A DNA stretch of 63,774 bases, counting the filler, from Deltaproteobacteria bacterium (GTDB lineage Bacteria; Myxococcota; JACRCW01): assembly GCA_016218805.1 (NCBI GenBank). It is 4 parts of 4 records of this genome, joined end to end, with 100 filler letters (N's around TTAATTAATTAA, not from the genome) between each part and the next. Parts side by side here need not be neighbours in the genome. Positions count along the whole stretch, not along the records: positions 21,545 to 44,965 come from JACRCW010000150.1; 3 more parts are not named here. One strand, written 5' to 3'. Below the pieces are notes generated by a model, which was not told where the DNA came from, did no database searches, and saw only the letters and a list, made by a program, of their open reading frames with translations. Shown here piece after piece: positions 27,963-37,753 of the stretch (position 1 is the stretch's first letter; each line of letters starts with the position of its first letter). Position numbers and translations under genes: made by a program.

Positions 27963-30725
27963 ATGACGAGAGCAAACATGACCCGCCCCCCGCAATGCCC
28001 GGAAAAGACGTTCCACTTCTCGCGTGCCCGCCGGGTGCGCCTGTCCGCGCTGGTCCTCGCCGTGTTGTTCACCACCGTTGCCCGTGCGCAGGAGGATGAC
28101 GAGCCGCCGGGCAAGCCCCCGCGCACGCGCATGCCACCGGTGCGCGGCGGGCTGCAGCCTTCCCTCAAGGACCGCGCCCCCATGCAAATCAAGGAGCGCG
28201 CGGGTGGACTCAACCCCAAGGGGCCGGCGCCCACGGTGGCCAAGCCGCCCCCGCAGACCCCTCCGCCGGTGGTGACGCCGCCGCCGCCGGCGCCCGCCCC
28301 CTCGCCGCCGCCGCCGCCGCTGCCGGGGGCCACCTCCATCCTGGGCGGCGGGCCGTCCCGCTCAGGCGTGGCGCAGGTGGAGGGCACCTCCTCCACCGAG
28401 GCGGATGACAAGCGCAAGAAGTCCGGAGGCAAGTTCCTGTTCAACCAGGAGCAGGCCAATCTCGTTGATATTGTCAAGCAGATCTCCAAGCTCACCGGGA
28501 AGAACTTCATCCTGCGCGAGAACCTCAAGGGCCAGAAGATCACCATCCTGTGTGAGGAGCCCATCACCGCGCGCGAGGCGTACCGCGCGTTCCTGGTGGC
28601 CCTGGAAGTGAACAACCTGGCCATGGTGCCCGCGGGCAAGTTCTGGAAGATTGAGGAGCGCAAGCAATCCATCCGCCAAGCAATTCCCACGTATTTTGAC
28701 AATGAGGTGGAATTGCCCGGTGACGAGGCCATGGTCACCTGGATCTACCGGCTGCGTTACGTGGAACTGGACCAGGCGCAGAAGCTGGTGGACAGCATGC
28801 TGAACAAGGCCACCGGTGACCTGCAGGTGTACCAGCCCAACCTGCTCATCATGTCGGATTCGGCCGTGAACATGTCCCGCATCAAGAAGCTGCTGGAGCG
28901 CGTGGACCAGCCCGGCTACCAGACGGCCATCAAGGTCATTGACGTGAAATTCGCGGCGGCGGCGGACCTGGCCAACAAGCTCACCAACATCCTGGATCCC
29001 AACAAGCAGGCGCAGAAGAAGGCGCCCGTGCACGGCGCGCCGCCGCCCAAGGACGGCGCGGCGCCGGCCGCGGATGCACCCGCGGACGACGATGGCGATG
29101 GCCTGGTCACCAAGATCATTGCTGACGAGCGCACCAACAAGATCATTGTGGTGGCCACGCCGGAAGGGTTCAAGCGCGTGCGGGAACTGGCGGATATCCT
29201 GGACGTGCCGGAAGGTCCGTCCAGCGCGCCGCAGGTGCACGTGCACAACCTGGAAAACGCGGACAGCGAGAAGCTGACCGCCGCGCTCAACAACCTGGCG
29301 CAGGCTGGGAAGAAGGCGGTGGACAAGAAGAAGGCGCCGGGCGCCGAGCCGGAGGGCATGTTTGAGGGGGACGTGAAGGTCACCGCGGACCCGGCCACCA
29401 ACAGCCTCGTCGTCGTCGCGTCACTGCGGGACTACCGGAACCTGGCCAAGGTCATCAAACGGCTGGACGTGCGCCGCCCGCAGGTCTTTGTGGAGGCGGT
29501 GGTGATGGAAGTGGCGCTCAACCGCACGCAGGACCTGGGGCTGGACTGGTTCACCGCATACACGGCACCGGTGCCCGGGCTGGGCACCGGTGTGGGCCTG
29601 ATGGCCAACCCGGGCGGGCAGAACCGCCTCAAGGGCGCGTTCACCACCACCACCGACCCCACCGGCCTGGCCGCGTTCCTGGGATTCCTGGCATTCCGCG
29701 GCCCCTCCATTCCCGTGAAGGTGGGCAACAACACCGTGGACCTGCCCAGCTTTGGCGCCGTGCTCAACGCCATTGAGAATGACGGCAACGTGGATGTGCT
29801 GTCCACGCCGCACATCCTCACCACGGACAACGTGAAGGCGGAGATCCTGGTGGGGCAGACGGTGCCGTTTGCCGCGGGTTTCACGTCCAATCTGGGCGCG
29901 GGCAACATTTCGTCCTTTGCGCCCATTGTCTCCGTGCAGCGCCAGGACGTGGCGCTGAAGTTCATTGTCACGCCGCACGTGAACACGTCCAATTTCGTCC
30001 GCATGGAACTGGACAGCGAAATCAGCGACCTGGCGGACCCGGTGGAGGTGTCCCCGGGCAACAAGCAGCCCACCACCACCAAGCGCACCACCAAGACCAC
30101 CGTGGTGGTGCGGGACGAGCAGACGGTGATCATTGGCGGGCTCATCTCCGACAAGAAGATCAAGAGCGAGAGCAAGGTGCCGGTGCTGGGTGACATCCCG
30201 TGGTTGGGCTTTCTGTTCCGCAGCCCGCACGAGGAGGTGCGCAAGACCAACCTGATGGTGATCATGACCCCGCACATCATCCGCAATGACGAGGATTTCC
30301 GCCGCGTGTACGAGCGCAAGCTGCGTGAACGGCAGGAATTCATGGAGGCGTTCTACGGCGTGCTGGCGCCGGTCACCGGGCCGGTGGACTGGGAGCGCAA
30401 AGTGGGCCCCTACGGCGCGCTGCATGAGCGGTTGCGCGCGGAGATGATGAAGGTGGAGAACGGCGGCCCGGGCCTCCCCGGTGAGTCCATCATCAGCGGC
30501 GAGGAGGACCGGCAGGCGCCCGGGGAGATCCCGCCCCGGCGGCGCGGCAGTGAGGATGGCGACAGTTCCGAGAAGCCGGCCGACCCCAATGCGGTCCGCG
30601 GCGCCGGCGAAGCGGTGTTGGGCCAGCCGGTGCCGGGGCAGCCGGTGCCGCCGCCCCCCGTGGAGGGCCAGCCGCCCATCCCGCCCGCTCCGGTCCCTCC
30701 GCCCCCGCCGCCGGACGCGCAGTGA
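27963..30725 (+). CDS. gspD: Type II secretion secretin GspD
   Basis: N0 (TGKNFI), N domains (DERTNKIIV, DPATNSLVV), secretin LDVRRPQVFVEA, VLSTPHILT, KVPVLGDIPWLGFLFR. Confidence 0.95.
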   Translation: MTRANMTRPPQCPEKTFHFSRARRVRLSALVLAVLFTTVARAQEDDEPPGKPPRTRMPPVRGGLQPSLKDRAPMQIKERAGGLNPKGPAPTVAKPPPQTPPPVVTPPPPAPAPSPPPPPLPGATSILGGGPSRSGVAQVEGTSSTEADDKRKKSGGKFLFNQEQANLVDIVKQISKLTGKNFILRENLKGQKITILCEEPITAREAYRAFLVALEVNNLAMVPAGKFWKIEERKQSIRQAIPTYFDNEVELPGDEAMVTWIYRLRYVELDQAQKLVDSMLNKATGDLQVYQPNLLIMSDSAVNMSRIKKLLERVDQPGYQTAIKVIDVKFAAAADLANKLTNILDPNKQAQKKAPVHGAPPPKDGAAPAADAPADDDGDGLVTKIIADERTNKIIVVATPEGFKRVRELADILDVPEGPSSAPQVHVHNLENADSEKLTAALNNLAQAGKKAVDKKKAPGAEPEGMFEGDVKVTADPATNSLVVVASLRDYRNLAKVIKRLDVRRPQVFVEAVVMEVALNRTQDLGLDWFTAYTAPVPGLGTGVGLMANPGGQNRLKGAFTTTTDPTGLAAFLGFLAFRGPSIPVKVGNNTVDLPSFGAVLNAIENDGNVDVLSTPHILTTDNVKAEILVGQTVPFAAGFTSNLGAGNISSFAPIVSVQRQDVALKFIVTPHVNTSNFVRMELDSEISDLADPVEVSPGNKQPTTTKRTTKTTVVVRDEQTVIIGGLISDKKIKSESKVPVLGDIPWLGFLFRSPHEEVRKTNLMVIMTPHIIRNDEDFRRVYERKLRERQEFMEAFYGVLAPVTGPVDWERKVGPYGALHERLRAEMMKVENGGPGLPGESIISGEEDRQAPGEIPPRRRGSEDGDSSEKPADPNAVRGAGEAVLGQPVPGQPVPPPPVEGQPPIPPAPVPPPPPPDAQ

Positions 30726-30735
30726 GGAGTACGCC

Positions 30736-32544
30736 ATGAGTGACCCCAACCTCCCCGACGCCACCCACGACGCCACGCTGGCCGAGGGGCCGCTGCCGCC
30801 TCCGCTGCCGCGGCGCGAGTCCGGTCAGTACGTGGGGCGCCCGCTGGGCGAGATCCTGGTGGAGCGCTTTGGCGTGCCGCTGGGCAAGCTGGGCGAGGCG
30901 CTGGACGGCCAGGCGCAGAAGAAGGCGCGGCTGGGTGAACTGCTCATTGCCGCCAAGGTGTGCACGCCGGAGGTGGTGCGGCAGGCGCTGGGCGTACAAT
31001 TGGACCTGCCGGTGCAGGAGGTCATTGATGCCAATGGCATTCCAGACGGCGTGCTGGTGCGGGTGCCCATTGGTTTTGCCAAGACCGCGCACGTGTTGCC
31101 GCTGCGGATGTCTGATGACGGACGCGTGGTGGCCGCCATGGCGGACCCGCTGGACTACGCGGCGTTGGAAGACCTGCGCATGCTGCTGAGCACGGACGTT
31201 GACGTCGTCATCTGCGGCGCGGAGACCATTGTCTCCGCCATCAACCGCGCGTATGACCGGGCCACGCACCACGCGGAAGCCGCGGTGGCGGAGCTGGAGG
31301 AGAACCAGAACCTGTCTGACGTGGCGCAATCCCTGGAGGAACCCAAGGACCTGCTGGACGCCGAAGGCGACGAAGCGCCGATCATCCGCCTGGTCAACAG
31401 CCTGATGTCCCAGGCCATCAAGTCGCGCGCGTCGGATATCCACATTGAGCCGTTTGAACGGGAGATGCAGGTGCGCTTCCGCATTGACGGTGACCTGTAC
31501 GAAATCATCAAGCCGCCCAAGCGCTACCAGTCCACCATCACCGCGCGCGTGAAGATCATGGCAGGGCTCAACATTGCGGAGAAGCGGCTGCCGCAGGACG
31601 GGCGCATCCGCATCAAGGTGGCGGGCAAGGACATTGATATCCGCGTGTCCACCATTCCCACGTCGCACGGGGAGCGGGTGGTCATGCGCCTGTTGGACCG
31701 CAGCAGCGTGCTCAAGGAGCTGACGGACCTGGGCTTCAGCAAGCGCGACTTTGAGGCGATGCACCTGCTCATCAAGCGGCCCTACGGCATCATCCTGGTC
31801 ACCGGGCCCACCGGCAGCGGCAAGACCACCACGCTGTATGCCTGCCTTTCCAAGATCAATTCACCGGATTTGAACATCCTCACCATTGAAGACCCGGTGG
31901 AGTACCAGTTGCAGGGCATTGGCCAGGTGCACGTGAATCCCAAGATTGACCTCACGTTTGCCAACGGGCTGCGCAGCTTCCTGCGCCAGGACCCGGACGT
32001 CATCATGGTGGGCGAAATCCGCGACCGGGAAACGGCGGAAATTGCCATCCAGGCGTCCCTCACCGGTCACCTGGTGATGAGCACGGTGCACACCAACGAC
32101 GCGGCCGGCGCCATCACCCGCCTGGTGGACATGCAGGTGGAGCCGTTCCTGGTTGCCAGTTCGCTGGTGGGCGTGCTGGCGCAGCGGCTGGTGCGCGTGG
32201 TGTGCCCGGACTGCCGGGTGGCCTACCAGCCCACCGCGGAGGAGCTGTTTGAGGTGGGCATTGACATGAAGAAGCTGGATGGCCCGCCCACCATCTTCAA
32301 GAAGCAGGGTTGCAGCAAGTGCTCCAACACCGGCTACGTGGGCCGCCGCGGCATCTATGAGTTGATGCTGCTGGATGACGAAATCCGGCAACTGATCCTG
32401 AAGAACACGGACGCGGGCACCATCAAGCGCGCCGCGGTGCGCAAGGGGATGACCACGCTGCGTGAGGACGGCGCCCGCAAGGTGCTGGCAGGACTCACCA
32501 CCATCCAGGAGGTGGCCATGGTCACCGCCGATGACATGGGCTGA
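30736..32544 (+). CDS. gspE: Type II secretion ATPase GspE
   Basis: MshEN-like N-terminus, ASDIHIEP, GPTGSGKTT, LRQDPDVIMVGEIRD, CxxC/CxxC. Confidence 0.95.
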   Translation: MSDPNLPDATHDATLAEGPLPPPLPRRESGQYVGRPLGEILVERFGVPLGKLGEALDGQAQKKARLGELLIAAKVCTPEVVRQALGVQLDLPVQEVIDANGIPDGVLVRVPIGFAKTAHVLPLRMSDDGRVVAAMADPLDYAALEDLRMLLSTDVDVVICGAETIVSAINRAYDRATHHAEAAVAELEENQNLSDVAQSLEEPKDLLDAEGDEAPIIRLVNSLMSQAIKSRASDIHIEPFEREMQVRFRIDGDLYEIIKPPKRYQSTITARVKIMAGLNIAEKRLPQDGRIRIKVAGKDIDIRVSTIPTSHGERVVMRLLDRSSVLKELTDLGFSKRDFEAMHLLIKRPYGIILVTGPTGSGKTTTLYACLSKINSPDLNILTIEDPVEYQLQGIGQVHVNPKIDLTFANGLRSFLRQDPDVIMVGEIRDRETAEIAIQASLTGHLVMSTVHTNDAAGAITRLVDMQVEPFLVASSLVGVLAQRLVRVVCPDCRVAYQPTAEELFEVGIDMKKLDGPPTIFKKQGCSKCSNTGYVGRRGIYELMLLDDEIRQLILKNTDAGTIKRAAVRKGMTTLREDGARKVLAGLTTIQEVAMVTADDMG

Positions 32545-32558
32545 GGAGGGAGCTACCC

Positions 32559-33812
32559 GTGCCGGTCTACGAATTCCGTGGATTTGATGCCGCCGGCAGG
32601 GCGGTGAAGGGCCTACGGGAGGCGGACTCTCCCAAGGGGCTCCGCTCCGTCCTGCGCAAAGACGGCATGATGGTCACGGACGTGTTTGAGTCCGGCAAGA
32701 AGGGGCTGGCCAAGGGTGACACCAAGAAGGCCGGCGGCCTGCAGCGCGAGGTGGACCTCTCCGGCGTGGTGGGCACCAGCGTTTCCATGGAGGAGGTGGC
32801 CATTGCCACCCGCCAGCTGGCCACGCTGCTGGGCGCGGGCATCCCGCTGGTGGACAGCCTCACCGCGCTGGTGGAGCAGGTGGAAAACAAGGGTTTCAAG
32901 CGCATCCTGTCTGAGGTGAAGAGCAACGTGAACGAAGGCCAATCCCTGGCCACCGCGCTGGAGAAGCACCCCAAGGTGTTCACCAACCTGTTTGTGAACA
33001 TGATCCGCGCGGGTGAGAGCTCCGGTGCGTTGGACGTGGTGCTGCTGCGCCTGGCGGACTTCACGGAGGGCCAGTCCCGCCTGCGCAACAAGATCCTCAG
33101 CGCGCTGATGTACCCGGCGATCATGATTCTCGTGGGCGTGGGGATCATGGTGATCCTGTTCACGGTGGTCATCCCGCGCATCACGCTGGTGTTCAAGAAC
33201 GCCAACGCGCAGCTGCCGTTGCAGACGCGGATGCTGATCTTTGCGTCAGAAACGGCGCGGGACTGGTGGTTCATCCTGTTGCCGGTGGTGGTGGTGGGCG
33301 TGTTGGTGTTCCGGCGCTGGCTGGCGCGGCCCGCGGGGCGCGCGTGGTGGGACCGGGCGGTGTTGAAACTGCCGGTATTTGGCCACCTGGTGCGGATGCT
33401 GGCGGTGGCACGGTTCACGCGCACGCTGGGAACGCTGCTGTCCAGCGGCGTGCAGCTGCTGGCCGCGCTGGATATTGTCAAGAACATCGTCAACAACACG
33501 GTGATTGCGCGGGCGCTGGAGGGCGCGCGCGAGTCCATCCGCGAGGGCGAGGCGGTAGCCATCCCGCTGCGGCGCTCCGGGGAATTCCCGCCCATTGTCA
33601 TCCACATGATCACCATTGGTGAAAAGAGCGGGCAGTTGGAGGCCATGCTCTTCAAGGTGGCCGAGAGCTACGAGACCCAGGTGGAAGTGCGCGTGGGCAT
33701 GCTCACCACGCTGCTGGAACCGCTGATGATCCTCATCATGGGCGGCGTGGTCGGGTTCATTGTGTTCTCGATCCTGATGCCCATCCTGCAACTGAACCAG
33801 TTTGTGAAATGA
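32559..33812 (+). CDS. gspF: Type II secretion inner-membrane platform GspF
   Basis: TRQLATLLGAGIPL, AGESSG.LD, ALMYP, GEKSGQLE, LLEP. Confidence 0.95.
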   Translation: MPVYEFRGFDAAGRAVKGLREADSPKGLRSVLRKDGMMVTDVFESGKKGLAKGDTKKAGGLQREVDLSGVVGTSVSMEEVAIATRQLATLLGAGIPLVDSLTALVEQVENKGFKRILSEVKSNVNEGQSLATALEKHPKVFTNLFVNMIRAGESSGALDVVLLRLADFTEGQSRLRNKILSALMYPAIMILVGVGIMVILFTVVIPRITLVFKNANAQLPLQTRMLIFASETARDWWFILLPVVVVGVLVFRRWLARPAGRAWWDRAVLKLPVFGHLVRMLAVARFTRTLGTLLSSGVQLLAALDIVKNIVNNTVIARALEGARESIREGEAVAIPLRRSGEFPPIVIHMITIGEKSGQLEAMLFKVAESYETQVEVRVGMLTTLLEPLMILIMGGVVGFIVFSILMPILQLNQFVK

Positions 33813-33851
33813 CGGGCGTGTGCGCCCGCCGGCAACAAGAGGAGGAAACCG

Positions 33852-34304
33852 ATGTCCGCCATTGAGAACACCCCGCAACCGGGCGCCCCTGCGCGCCGCC
33901 GCCGCCCAGCACGCGGCATGACGCTGATTGAGATCATGGTCGTGATCACGCTGCTGGGGCTGATTGCCGCCGCGGTGGGCGTGGCCGCCATGAACATGCT
34001 GGAACAGGGGCAGCTGGATTCGTCCCGCACGCAGGCCATGGAACTGGCCAAGGCGATGGATTCCTACAAGGTCCTGTTTGGGCGCTACCCGTCCAATTCC
34101 GAGGGATTGCAGGCGCTGGTGTCACCGCCCGGCGGCGGCAAGCCCATCATTGAGCGGGTGCCCAAGGACCCGTGGGGCGGTGACTACATCTACACCATTC
34201 CCGGGGTGAAGAATCCCGGGAAATTCGACATCCGCTCCAACGGTCCGGACCGGACCGAGGGTGGCGGTGACGACGTTGGCAACTGGCCCGCCGAGGGCAA
34301 GTGA
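33852..34304 (+). CDS. gspG: Major pseudopilin GspG
   Basis: RG|MTLIEIMVV; YPSNSEGLQALV; PKDPWG; S.GPD. Confidence 0.93.
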   Translation: MSAIENTPQPGAPARRRRPARGMTLIEIMVVITLLGLIAAAVGVAAMNMLEQGQLDSSRTQAMELAKAMDSYKVLFGRYPSNSEGLQALVSPPGGGKPIIERVPKDPWGGDYIYTIPGVKNPGKFDIRSNGPDRTEGGGDDVGNWPAEGK

Positions 34305-34311
34305 GGCGCTG

Positions 34312-34989
34312 ATGCTGGGCCGGGAGACGCGTCCGCGCGGGTTCACGCTGATGGAGCTCACTGTGGTGCTGCTCATTGCGGCGCTGCTGGTGGGCGTGTC
34401 CATCCCGGCGCTCCGGTCCGTCACCGCCACGCAGCTCAAGCGCGCGGCGGGGGAAATCTCCGGCATGGCGCGCGAGGCGTACGCGCGCGCCGCCATCTCC
34501 GGCAAACCCCAGCGCCTGGTGCTGGACCTGGACGAAGGCGCGTACTGGGTGGAGGAGGGCTCCGGCACGTTTGCGCTGCAATTGGAGAAGGCGCGCCAGC
34601 TCACGGAGCAGGAAATCCAGCAGCGCAAGGCAGGGACGGAGGTGCCGGCGGGCGGGTCCGCGCGGCGGGACTCAGACAGCGAGGAGGAGAAACTCAAGGA
34701 AAAGCTGTTGGCCGGTCCCACCTGGACGGAGGTGGAGGGCGACCTGGGCCGGCACCAGAAGCTCCCGAATGACACGGCGTTTGAGAAGGTATGGGTGGCG
34801 CACCAATCCGAGGCATTCCAGCGCGGCCAGAGCCACCTGTACTTCTGGCCCACCGGCCGCACGGAAACGGCGGTCATCCGCCTGACCGACGATCCCGAGG
34901 GCCACACGCGCATCATCTCCGTCAAGATCAACGGCCTGACCGGCCGGTCCATGGTGGCGGACCGCGCGTTGGAGATCCCGTCGTCATGA
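34312..34989 (+). CDS. gspH: Minor pseudopilin GspH
   Basis: RG|FTLMEL; position after gspG; LYFWPTG. Confidence 0.8.
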   Translation: MLGRETRPRGFTLMELTVVLLIAALLVGVSIPALRSVTATQLKRAAGEISGMAREAYARAAISGKPQRLVLDLDEGAYWVEEGSGTFALQLEKARQLTEQEIQQRKAGTEVPAGGSARRDSDSEEEKLKEKLLAGPTWTEVEGDLGRHQKLPNDTAFEKVWVAHQSEAFQRGQSHLYFWPTGRTETAVIRLTDDPEGHTRIISVKINGLTGRSMVADRALEIPSS

Positions 34990-35720
34990 GGCGCGCGCGC
35001 GGGTTCACGCTGCTGGAGGTGATGGTGGCCCTGGCCATCCTGGCCATGGGTTTCACCGTGCTGTCCGAAGCGTACGGCCGGGCCGCGCTGGCCACCATTG
35101 ATGCGCGCAACGTGACGGTGGGCACCATCCTGGCGCGCGGCAAGATGCTGGACGTGGAGTTTGAGCTGAAGAAAGACGGCTTTGGTGACTATGACAAGGT
35201 GATTGAGGGTGATTTCTCCAAGGAGGGCCAGCCGGATTTCAAGTGGATTGCCACGGCGCGGAAGATTGAGATTCCGGTGGGCAAGATGGGGGACATTGCG
35301 TCCGGCGGCGGCGGGGACCTGATGGGCATGCTGGGGGGCGGCAAGACGCCGTCCGCCGCGCCGGCCGCGTCGCCCGGCGGCGGGGGCGGCGAAGGTGGTC
35401 TCAACATGAGCATGCTGACGCCCATCATGCAGACCGCTTCGGACGTCATCAAGAACTCCGTGCGGGAGGTGACGCTGGAGGTGCGCTTCCCGGAAGGTGG
35501 GCGCCTCAACACCATGCAGGTGGTCACGCACCTGGTGGATGACGTGAAACTGGCCACGGAGTTGGCCAAGATCCCCGGGCTGGGCAACCTCCCGCAGATT
35601 CCCGGCCTCACCGGTCCGACCGGACCCACGGGCCCAACCGGCCCCAGCGAACCGCCCAAGGACCCACCCAAACCCCCCAAGGACCCCAAGCCACCCAAGG
35701 ACCCCAAGGACCCGCGATGA
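34986..35720 (+). CDS. gspI: Minor pseudopilin GspI with GPT/PPKD low-complexity tail
   Basis: RG|FTLLEVMVALAIL; VREVTLEV; ATGA overlaps. Confidence 0.82.
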   Translation: MRRARGFTLLEVMVALAILAMGFTVLSEAYGRAALATIDARNVTVGTILARGKMLDVEFELKKDGFGDYDKVIEGDFSKEGQPDFKWIATARKIEIPVGKMGDIASGGGGDLMGMLGGGKTPSAAPAASPGGGGGEGGLNMSMLTPIMQTASDVIKNSVREVTLEVRFPEGGRLNTMQVVTHLVDDVKLATELAKIPGLGNLPQIPGLTGPTGPTGPTGPSEPPKDPPKPPKDPKPPKDPKDPR

Positions 35721-36391
35721 GCGCCTCCCGGACTCCGCGCGGATTCTCCATCATGGAGATCCTGGTGGCCGCGGCCCTGCTGGGGCTGATGGGATCACTT
35801 ATGTGGTCCGCGTTCTCCAACACGCTGGACAGCAAGGAGCGCATTGAGGCGGCCAGTGACCGGGTGGACGAGATTCGCGTGGCCATGAACCGCATGGCGC
35901 AGGAGATTTCCTACGCTTTCATCAGCAACCACTATGCGCGGGAGGACCGGCGCACGCGCACCATCTTCAAGGAGGGCGGCACCGGTATTGGGGACCACCT
36001 CACATTCAGCGCCTTTGCGCATGAACCGCTGGTGGCGCACGTCAACGAGAGCGACCAGACGGTCATCTCCTACTTTGTGGACACCGACCCCGACGGCAGC
36101 GGCAAGAACGTGCTGCTGCGCCGTTACAAGCGCCGCATTGACGCGGATCCGGACACGGAGGAGGACACGGTGACCGAGACGCTGTGCACGGACGTGTCCG
36201 ACCTGCTGTTTGACTACTGGAATGACGCGACCGGCGAGTGGAAGGACGCCTGGGATACCGAGGGCATTGACACGCCCAACGTGCTGCCCAAGCGCGTGAT
36301 GATCACCATGAGTTACAAGGACGAAAACGGAAAGGAGACCAAGCTGGTCACGCAGGCGCCCATCCTGCTGTGGCAGACGCTGAACTTCTGA
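35717..36391 (+). CDS. gspJ: Minor pseudopilin GspJ
   Basis: RG|FSIMEIL; RMAQEIS; W.D.WD; LPKRV. Confidence 0.85.
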   Translation: MSASRTPRGFSIMEILVAAALLGLMGSLMWSAFSNTLDSKERIEAASDRVDEIRVAMNRMAQEISYAFISNHYAREDRRTRTIFKEGGTGIGDHLTFSAFAHEPLVAHVNESDQTVISYFVDTDPDGSGKNVLLRRYKRRIDADPDTEEDTVTETLCTDVSDLLFDYWNDATGEWKDAWDTEGIDTPNVLPKRVMITMSYKDENGKETKLVTQAPILLWQTLNF

Positions 36392-37746
36392 TGGCCACCA
36401 CCACCGCACTCCGGCGCCTGTGGGCGGCACTCACGCGGGAACGCACCGTGGCGGGCCGCCGTCCGCGCCGCGGGGTGGCCATGCTGCTGGTGCTGGTGTC
36501 CCTGGCCACCATGAGCGCGGTGGTGGCGGATTTCTCGTACAACCAGGAGGTCCGGCTGCGGCTGGCCATGCGCGAGCGCGATTTGCTCAAGGCGCAGTAC
36601 CTGGCGCGCGGCGGCGTGGAAATGGGACGCATCCTGCTGGCGTTCCAGGAGCAGATCCAGCCGCTGCTGGACTTTGCCACGGAGACCCTGAAGCTGCCGT
36701 TGCCGGGATTCACCATCTGGCAGCTGATTCCGCTTGATTCAGACCTGCTGCGCGCGTTTGCCTCCGGCGAGATCCAGGAATCCCTGGGATTTGCCATTGA
36801 CCGGGATGAACTCAAGCAGAAGGTCCGCAAGGTGGTGAAGGAGATCCGCGAGGGCGACAGCACGTCCACGCCGGAGGAGAGCGAGCAGGCGGCGCCGGAC
36901 AACGGCGGATTTGGCGCGTTTGAGGGCGGCTTCCGCGTGGACATTGAGGATGAGGACAGCCGGTTGTCCCTGCGCCCCGCGTCTGACCAGACCGCGTCCG
37001 CCGCGCAGAAGAAGCAGGTGCTGCGGTACCGGCTGCTCGCGCTGGTGGAACCCCAGAAGTACAACTTCATGTTTGAGGAACCGGACGGGAACGGGCAGCG
37101 GTTGGACCGGTTTGAGTTCATTGGGGCGTTCTTTGACTGGGTGGATGCGGACCGTGACCGCGTGGACGCGCGCCTGCCGGAGCGCTTTCCCGCGGACAGC
37201 ATGGGTGATGAGGACGCCACCTATGACGCGCTGGACGAGCGGTACAAGCCCAAGAACGCGTACTTTGACAGCCATGACGAAATGCGACTCATTGCCGGCA
37301 TGGACGACGTGAAATGGAAGGTGTTTGGCCCGGCGGTGTCCATCCATTCGGACGGGCTGGTGAACATCAAGAGCGCCACCAACCCCACGGTGATTGAGGG
37401 GTTGATTGCCGCCTGCGCGGAGCCGCCGCTGATGTTCCAGGGTGTGGACTACTTCTGGCTGCAGGACCGGGTGAATTTCTGGCAGTACATCCGTTCCGAG
37501 GGGCTGGCGCTGGGGATGGGGACGGTGAACCCCGACGGGTTTGTGGCCATGTTGGGGATTCCGTCCCTGCAGAATTTCCCCGGCATCCAGGTCAACAAGG
37601 AGCGGTGCAAGGCATCCATGAAGACCAAGAGCGAGGTGTTCACCATGCGGGTCCGCGCCGAGGTGGGCGACGCGGTGCGCACGCGGGTGGTCACGCTCCG
37701 GATCTTCCAGGGGCGTCCCGAGTACTGGTATTTCCACGAGGAGTGA
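36391..37746 (+). CDS. gspK: Minor pseudopilin GspK
   Basis: RRG|VAMLLVL; AQYLARGG; IEDEDSR; DWVDAD; KNAYFDS..E. Confidence 0.88.
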   Translation: MATTTALRRLWAALTRERTVAGRRPRRGVAMLLVLVSLATMSAVVADFSYNQEVRLRLAMRERDLLKAQYLARGGVEMGRILLAFQEQIQPLLDFATETLKLPLPGFTIWQLIPLDSDLLRAFASGEIQESLGFAIDRDELKQKVRKVVKEIREGDSTSTPEESEQAAPDNGGFGAFEGGFRVDIEDEDSRLSLRPASDQTASAAQKKQVLRYRLLALVEPQKYNFMFEEPDGNGQRLDRFEFIGAFFDWVDADRDRVDARLPERFPADSMGDEDATYDALDERYKPKNAYFDSHDEMRLIAGMDDVKWKVFGPAVSIHSDGLVNIKSATNPTVIEGLIAACAEPPLMFQGVDYFWLQDRVNFWQYIRSEGLALGMGTVNPDGFVAMLGIPSLQNFPGIQVNKERCKASMKTKSEVFTMRVRAEVGDAVRTRVVTLRIFQGRPEYWYFHEE

Positions 37747-37753
37747 ACGAGTC

